Shown one piece after another: positions 27,602-32,000 of a stretch of 32,000 nt of DNA. Origin of the DNA: Fastidiosibacter lacustris (GTDB lineage Bacteria; Pseudomonadota; Gammaproteobacteria; Francisellales; Francisellaceae); NCBI RefSeq assembly GCF_003428155.1, contig NZ_QLIR01000012.1, positions 30,001 to 62,000 of the forward strand, in the 5' to 3' direction. Both the position numbers and the translations under genes were made by a program. Every line of letters begins with the position of its first letter. Positions within the stretch are counted from its first letter, which is position 1. The notes under the pieces were generated by a model. It was not told the DNA's origin and ran no database searches. It saw only the letters and a program-made list of their open reading frames with translations.

Positions 27602-27916
27602 CTAGCTCGCCTTTAAGGTTATCGTATAATCTAAGCCAGCAGTATATAGTTGATCTTCCAAAAGACGAGAAATAAAGAACTCTTTAGGATGTTTTAGATA
27701 CTCAGCAAACTTTAAAGCAAGCTCAACATCCACCTTACGCTCACCACTTTCAATATTGCATAGGTATTGTCGACTTATACCAATAGAGCGAGCCATTTCA
27801 GCCTGAGAAACATTTTCACACATGCGTAACGACTTTACCATATCACCAAAATATAGATGTCCTGTTATTTCAGATATAGCCTGAGATGCACTTAATTTAT
27901 TTTCACTAATATTCAT
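27602..27916 (-). CDS. HTH-XRE antitoxin (HigA-like)
   Basis: VKSLRMCENVSQAEMARSIGISRQYLCNIESGERKVDVELALKFAEYLKH; 11-nt overlap with toxin ORF. Confidence 0.85.
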   Translation of the reverse strand: MNISENKLSASQAISEITGHLYFGDMVKSLRMCENVSQAEMARSIGISRQYLCNIESGERKVDVELALKFAEYLKHPKEFFISRLLEDQLYTAGLDYTITLKAS

Positions 27917-28196
27917 GTTTGTTTACCTCTATTATCTCAAGATAGCTAACTTCAATTCTGCCGTTTTCATGTTCAACATAAAAAGCACGGTACGCTTTGT
28001 TTAAACGAATTGACCGCTGTCCAGTTCTGTCACCTTTTAACGGTTCATCATGGTATGAGCTTATTTGTCTAACCTCTATAACACCATATTGCTCAACCAT
28101 CAAAACCCACGTATTTAGCTTATCAATTATATGCCTTGGTATTTTTCTTAGCGATTTTGCCACTTTCCTGTCAATTATAACTTTGTTTATATTCAT
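27906..28196 (-). CDS. type II TA toxin, RelE/HigB-like
   Basis: VAKSLRKIPRHIIDKLNTWVLMVEQYGVIEVRQISSYHDEPLKGDRTGQRSIRLNKAYRAFYV. Confidence 0.85.
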   Translation of the reverse strand: MNINKVIIDRKVAKSLRKIPRHIIDKLNTWVLMVEQYGVIEVRQISSYHDEPLKGDRTGQRSIRLNKAYRAFYVEHENGRIEVSYLEIIEVNKHEY

Positions 28197-28392
28197 CTAA
28201 CTAAAGCATAGTAACTGATATAAATATAATTGTATCCTGATTTGGATACTTTTACAAATGTTGATGTCAACTTAGACTGTAACCCCTTGATGTCAGGCAA
28301 CATCAATATATCTGTCAGATTTAAGTTGGTATTTGCTTTAGTTGGCACTTTGAAATCAATATCAAAGGGCAAGCTTGACAGCATCTACACCT

Positions 28393-28695
28393 TCAAGCTG
28401 CGATAGGGTTAACAGGTGTATGTTTCTGTTTTGCGTTCCATAAATCGTAGGCTAATTGTAAGTTTAACCAAAATTCAGCCTCCATATTAAACGCTTCAGC
28501 AAATGCTAAAGCAGTATCAGCAGTAATTCCTCGCTTGCCATTTACAATTTCGTTAATCCTTGCATATGTCCACCCTAAATGTTTTGCAAATTTTGACTGC
28601 GTTATCCCCATTGGTTCCAAAAAGTCTTTCAAAAGAATTTCACCGGCATGGGTTGGTTGTCTTGTGGTTGGAAGTCTCATTTTATCACTCCTCAA
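28393..28695 (-). CDS. higA: HigA-family antitoxin
   Basis: RQPTHAGEILLKDFLEPMGITQSKFAKHLGWTYARINEIVNGKRGITADTALAFAEAF is a HigA/VapI signature. Confidence 0.92.
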   Translation of the reverse strand: MRSDKMRLPTTRQPTHAGEILLKDFLEPMGITQSKFAKHLGWTYARINEIVNGKRGITADTALAFAEAFNMEAEFWLNLQLAYDLWNAKQKHTPVNPIAA

Positions 28696-28982
28696 TGGTA
28701 ATCAACAATATCAACGTCTACCGCACTATTCTTAACCAACTTGAATATAATACGATACTGATTATTAATCCGTATTGACCAACAATCTGACAGCTTGCCC
28801 TTTAGTTTTTCCAATTTATTATTTGGCGGCACATTCAAGTCTTCAATCTTAGTGACAGCATTTAGCTGATCCAATTTTCTAACTGCAAGTGAATGTAGAT
28901 TTGTTGGAAGCTTTCTAGAATATCTAGTAGATACTCCATTAAACACATCTTCAGCCATCTTACTATTAAAATTCTTAATCAA
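28692..28982 (-). CDS. higB: HigB-family toxin
   Basis: ALAVRKLDQLNAV...LKGKLSDCWSIRINNQYRIIFKLVKNSAVDVDIVDYH; 4-nt overlap with higA. Confidence 0.92.
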   Translation of the reverse strand: MIKNFNSKMAEDVFNGVSTRYSRKLPTNLHSLAVRKLDQLNAVTKIEDLNVPPNNKLEKLKGKLSDCWSIRINNQYRIIFKLVKNSAVDVDIVDYH

Positions 28983-29055
28983 AGCTCGATATCACTTGGT
29001 GTTTTTTAAATTATATATCGATATGCAATATATGTCAATCTCTGATCTGATATAA

Positions 29056-29083
29056 CTCCCATAAAACTATAGTTTGGTGGGAG
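29056..29083. promoter_or_regulatory. hairpin in the divergent region between higB and the resolvase
   Basis: CTCCCA-ta-AAAC-TATA-GTTT-gg-TGGGAG. Confidence 0.45.
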
Positions 29084-29277
29084 CATACATCCACAGCCAA
29101 CGTGCACCTTTGTGTGACTCGTTAAATGTCTGCATAAAATTCTTTTGTTATAGCCACTTGATCTAAATACACACGACAATTTTAAATACTTTAAAACACT
29201 CCCACAAAGTTGTTCCATTTTTATTTTTGTGTCATAATTGATTTCTATATATTTTATGGAGCAAATGCGTTTTAATT

Positions 29278-29886
29278 ATGATTTATGGATATGCACGAGT
29301 GTCAACTCAAGATCAAAACCTTGATATGCAAATTGAATCACTCAACAAGTATCACTGTGACGAAATTATCACAGAAAAGAAAAGTGGCACTTCGCTAGAG
29401 CGCCCTGCTTTCAAGAAACTACTTGATACCTTGCGAAAAGATGACACGCTTATCGTGTATAAACTCGATCGCATCAGCAGATCAACCAAGCATATGATTA
29501 CGCTATCAGATCACTTTAAATCTAAACAAATTAAGTTTGTATCTATCAAAGATCAGATTGACACTGCCACGCCAATGGGTGAATTCTTCTTTACGGTAAC
29601 AACGGCACTAGGACAACTTGAGCGCGACATTTTAAGCATGCGTGTCAAGGATGGGATTGAAGCTGCTAAAAACCGTGGTGTTAAGTGTGGGCGACAACCA
29701 GGAATGACCTTAGAAAACAAAAGAAAATGTGCTTATGCTTATGACATTATTACAAAGCTTAAAAAAAATGATAAGACATCAGTCGCTCAAATTCTTAAAG
29801 ATCAAGGCATTGCACGCAACACCTATTATCGCTATGTGAATGGGTATAAACAAAAATCGCCTGAAACTCAGGGCGAGTTGTTTTAA
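29278..29886 (+). CDS. serine recombinase / resolvase
   Basis: MIYGYARVSTQDQNLDMQIESL...DTLIVYKLDRISRSTKHM...TPMGEFFFTVTTALGQLERD and a C-terminal HTH. Confidence 0.92.
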   Translation: MIYGYARVSTQDQNLDMQIESLNKYHCDEIITEKKSGTSLERPAFKKLLDTLRKDDTLIVYKLDRISRSTKHMITLSDHFKSKQIKFVSIKDQIDTATPMGEFFFTVTTALGQLERDILSMRVKDGIEAAKNRGVKCGRQPGMTLENKRKCAYAYDIITKLKKNDKTSVAQILKDQGIARNTYYRYVNGYKQKSPETQGELF

Positions 29887-29914
29887 TTTGTATTAGTCTA
29901 GATATAATCTGACA

Positions 29915-29988
29915 CTCATCTTGACTTAGATGAGGTTGCCTGTTTTGATAAACGTGAAAGAAAACAAATCAAAAACAGGAGCAACCTC
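29915..29988 (+). promoter_or_regulatory. tandem overlapping hairpins, the second enclosing the SD of the transposase fragment
   Basis: CTCATCT-tgactt-AGATGAG (29915-29934) and GAGGTTGCCTGTTTTGA (29932-29948) versus TCAAAAACAGGAGCAACCTC (29969-29988); ATG at 29989. Confidence 0.65.
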
Positions 29989-30240
29989 ATGTTGGATACT
30001 AATAGTAAATTAATCAAAAATAAAGTCGGCTTGTTAAATTTAGCAGAGGAACTAGGCAATATTTCCAAAGCATGTAAGGTAATGGGTTTCTCACGAGAGA
30101 CCTTTTATCGTTATCAAGAAGCGGTAAAAGATCGTGGTATTGAAGCTTTACTGGATAAAAACAGACGTGTGCCTAATTTCAAAAATCGCGTTGATAAAGT
30201 GATTGAAAAAGCAGTTGTTGAATATGCACCGTCATATTAA
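29989..30240 (+). pseudogene. IS481-family transposase, N-terminal remnant
   Basis: LLNLAEELGNISKACKVMGFSRETFYRYQEAVKDRGIEALLDKNRRVPNFKNRVDKVIEKAVVEYAPSY* is the N-terminal HTH region of IS481-type transposases; the DDE domain is absent. Confidence 0.8.
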
Positions 30241-30450
30241 AGGAATAAAACTTGCCTAAGCTAAAACTTTGCACCGTCATGAATAATTGAATTCTTTAAG
30301 TTGATAAGGTATTTTAGGCATCAAATTTAATAAAGGTACAAGCAATCAGCTCAACAAATACAATTTATAACAACATTCCTTTTGTTAAAAAGAAAATTAA
30401 TTAATAGAATGAAATAGCAAGCATAAATTATTTGCGATAAAGGTTAATTT

Positions 30451-30810
30451 ATGAATAAACTTAGAAAAAGATTATATCTGATTATAATTTGCATATGTGG
30501 CATAAGCTTTAATGCCTTTGCTTCATCAAATATTGACGTAGCTTCAGTTCAAGTTGTTAATTTAACTGATAACATTATGATTAGAGATTATGCTAAAGAA
30601 ATAATTGACAAAAATAACATCCCCTATAAAACCATAGCCGAATTATATAATCAAATCATTAGCAATAGGAACGATTTATTATTCCGTTATGATGGTAAAT
30701 CCTTAATTTCTGCTAGTCAAAAATATCAAGATGATAAACTAATAACTGTTAGAATCATTAAAAAAACAAAGGTTATCGAGGGAGTTTCTATTGAGTATGA
30801 TGAAAAATAA
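30451..30810 (+). CDS. putative secreted protein of unknown function (119 aa)
   Basis: Signal peptide MNKLRKRLYLIIICICGISFNAFASS. Confidence 0.65.
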   Translation: MNKLRKRLYLIIICICGISFNAFASSNIDVASVQVVNLTDNIMIRDYAKEIIDKNNIPYKTIAELYNQIISNRNDLLFRYDGKSLISASQKYQDDKLITVRIIKKTKVIEGVSIEYDEK

Positions 30811-31699
30811 ATTAAAGCATAAGAGTCTATTTTTGATGACTATTACTACTACCATTGTTCATTCAGCAAATGCAATTGCATTAAACACTAAATCAGAAGA
30901 TAAATATGGTGTATTCTTCTGTACAAGAGACTTATCACAAGAATTGTATGAGCAAATTGAAAAAGGGAAAATAGCTTCATCTATATTCTTATCAACATCT
31001 TCCTCATCTGCTATAGCTTCTAGCTTACTCAGTTCATTATCTTTTAAAATTATTCTTCCTGCTAGCATTGCTTCAGGTGCAGGGGTTGCTTATTTATCGA
31101 CTAACTTTGTTCATGATTGGTATAAAAAAGGGTTTTACCAAAAAGTAACAGAGAGTTTGAATTCTATTAGTAGTGTAAGCATGAGTGGACTTCATAATAA
31201 TTATGTTAACGTAAATGACACAGTTCTGATGGGTAATACTTATAGACATTGTTCCGTTCTATTAGCTCAATACAATGATGAACAAGAAGGTCGTATTCGC
31301 TTAAAAAGTTTTGATACAAAGGGTTTTTTTCAAGATGAAAAAGGCTCTTCTCCCTTGTATGGAAACCAAAATACGGCGGTAGATAGAAATGACCTTTTGG
31401 ATAGTTCTACTGTATGTACGTTAGTAAAAAAAGCAAAAGACAAAAGAGAATATTTTAATTTAAGAGCTGAAATTTTTGACTTTTTCTCTTTTGAAACAGA
31501 TAAAGGTTACAGTTTGACAGAACGAAACTGTTGTACTGTCACGTATAATGCTGTGAAAAAAATAGACGGTAATACAAATGTAATCGACAATTCAAGCTTT
31601 AATCATGGAATTGGTATGCCTCATGATAAATCTTGGTTTTCATTTTTAGCTGCATCGCTAGAAGATGAGAAAAATGAAAAAACAACAGATGATTTATAA
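30791..31699 (+). CDS. putative exported/membrane protein, possible permuted papain-like domain
   Basis: N-terminal signal-like segment, a second hydrophobic segment, then GNTYRHCSVLL... and GYSLTERNCCTVTYNAVKK. TTG at 30791 or ATG at 30797; overlaps the upstream ORF by ~20 nt. Confidence 0.65.
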   Translation: MSMMKNKLKHKSLFLMTITTTIVHSANAIALNTKSEDKYGVFFCTRDLSQELYEQIEKGKIASSIFLSTSSSSAIASSLLSSLSFKIILPASIASGAGVAYLSTNFVHDWYKKGFYQKVTESLNSISSVSMSGLHNNYVNVNDTVLMGNTYRHCSVLLAQYNDEQEGRIRLKSFDTKGFFQDEKGSSPLYGNQNTAVDRNDLLDSSTVCTLVKKAKDKREYFNLRAEIFDFFSFETDKGYSLTERNCCTVTYNAVKKIDGNTNVIDNSSFNHGIGMPHDKSWFSFLAASLEDEKNEKTTDDL

Positions 31700-31910
31700 G
31701 ATCAATATCAACCCAACTTTTTTATTAACCTTAACTTTTTATCAACGCTATACCTACCATTATACTGACAGGCTGTGTCTTAGACTACTTGGGGTTCTGT
31801 TGCTCTGGCACGACTTTGGTCCATTCGTCTATTTATTAAACAAAATATCTTGCTTAAATATAACCACTAAGAATGTTGATACCGTAATTGGCGTTTATTG
31901 ATGTAGTTGT

Positions 31911-32000
31911 TAAGGTGGTCGAGTAAGCCAGAGGAACTTCCCCTCTAACTTCTCACGGAACCGTACGTGACAGTCTCCTGTCATACGGCTCTTATTGTAC
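31911..32000 (-). mobile_element. group II intron 3' end (domains V and VI); intron body extends beyond the window
   Basis: Reverse complement of 31958-31991 is GAGCCGTATGACAGGAGACTGTCACGTACGGTTC, a 34-nt domain V with GNRA (GAGA) loop, followed by a DVI-like stem GTTAGAGG...CCTCTGGCTTACTCGACC. The left boundary is approximate. Confidence 0.85.

Noticed and set aside
29006-29218. 70-aa minus-strand ORF between higB and resolvase
   Set aside because: Cys/Tyr-rich, overlaps the hairpin and regulatory spacer; likely chance ORF.
31770-31800. GGGGTTCTGTTGC resembling an IS6-family terminal repeat
   Set aside because: Only a short partial match, no transposase or partner repeat visible in the window.
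31665-31901. 78-aa ORF at the 3' side of the secreted-protein gene
   Set aside because: Overlaps the end of the 302-aa ORF and runs through non-coding-looking sequence next to the intron; no domain.
1-32000. CRISPR arrays, retron-like, tRNA or rRNA genes
   Set aside because: No regularly spaced direct repeats and no recognisable tRNA/rRNA or non-intron reverse transcriptase sequence were seen.

Overview
AT-rich conjugative-plasmid or ICE-type segment. Codon usage and gene content suggest a Moraxellaceae-like host, but that is inference only. 1-8.4 kb is the distal part of an F-type (MPF_F) transfer operon: TrbB/TraF-like thioredoxin, traH, traG, an inverted small membrane-protein gene, traT, traD. 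8.5-10.6 kb is an accessory insertion between traD and traI: a short HU-like protein, a 316-aa unknown, and an Rpn/PD-(D/E)XK-like protein. 12.2-18.7 kb is a giant MOBF relaxase/helicase (TraI) with a C-terminal TOPRIM/primase-like region. Two small probable relaxosome accessory genes follow, then an intergenic region where I read an F-type nic sequence (GCGTGGTGTGT^GG; F is GCGTGGGGTGT^GG) at 19938-19950. To its right lies what orientation predicts to be the leading region: ardC-like antirestriction gene, type II TA modules, an AlbA_2/Schlafen-like protein, DUF378, a WGR-like protein, a DUF3987/YfjI-like protein, a serine resolvase, an IS481-type transposase remnant, an unknown secreted-protein pair, and a group II intron 3' end (domain V) at the right edge. 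The most exciting signal is a 75-nt, ~25-bp-stem hairpin directly upstream of ardC. The inferred transferred strand would be the template for ardC, so this is a candidate Frpo-like single-stranded-DNA promoter for early antirestriction expression. No replication initiator, partition gene, tRNA, rRNA or CRISPR array was recognised.
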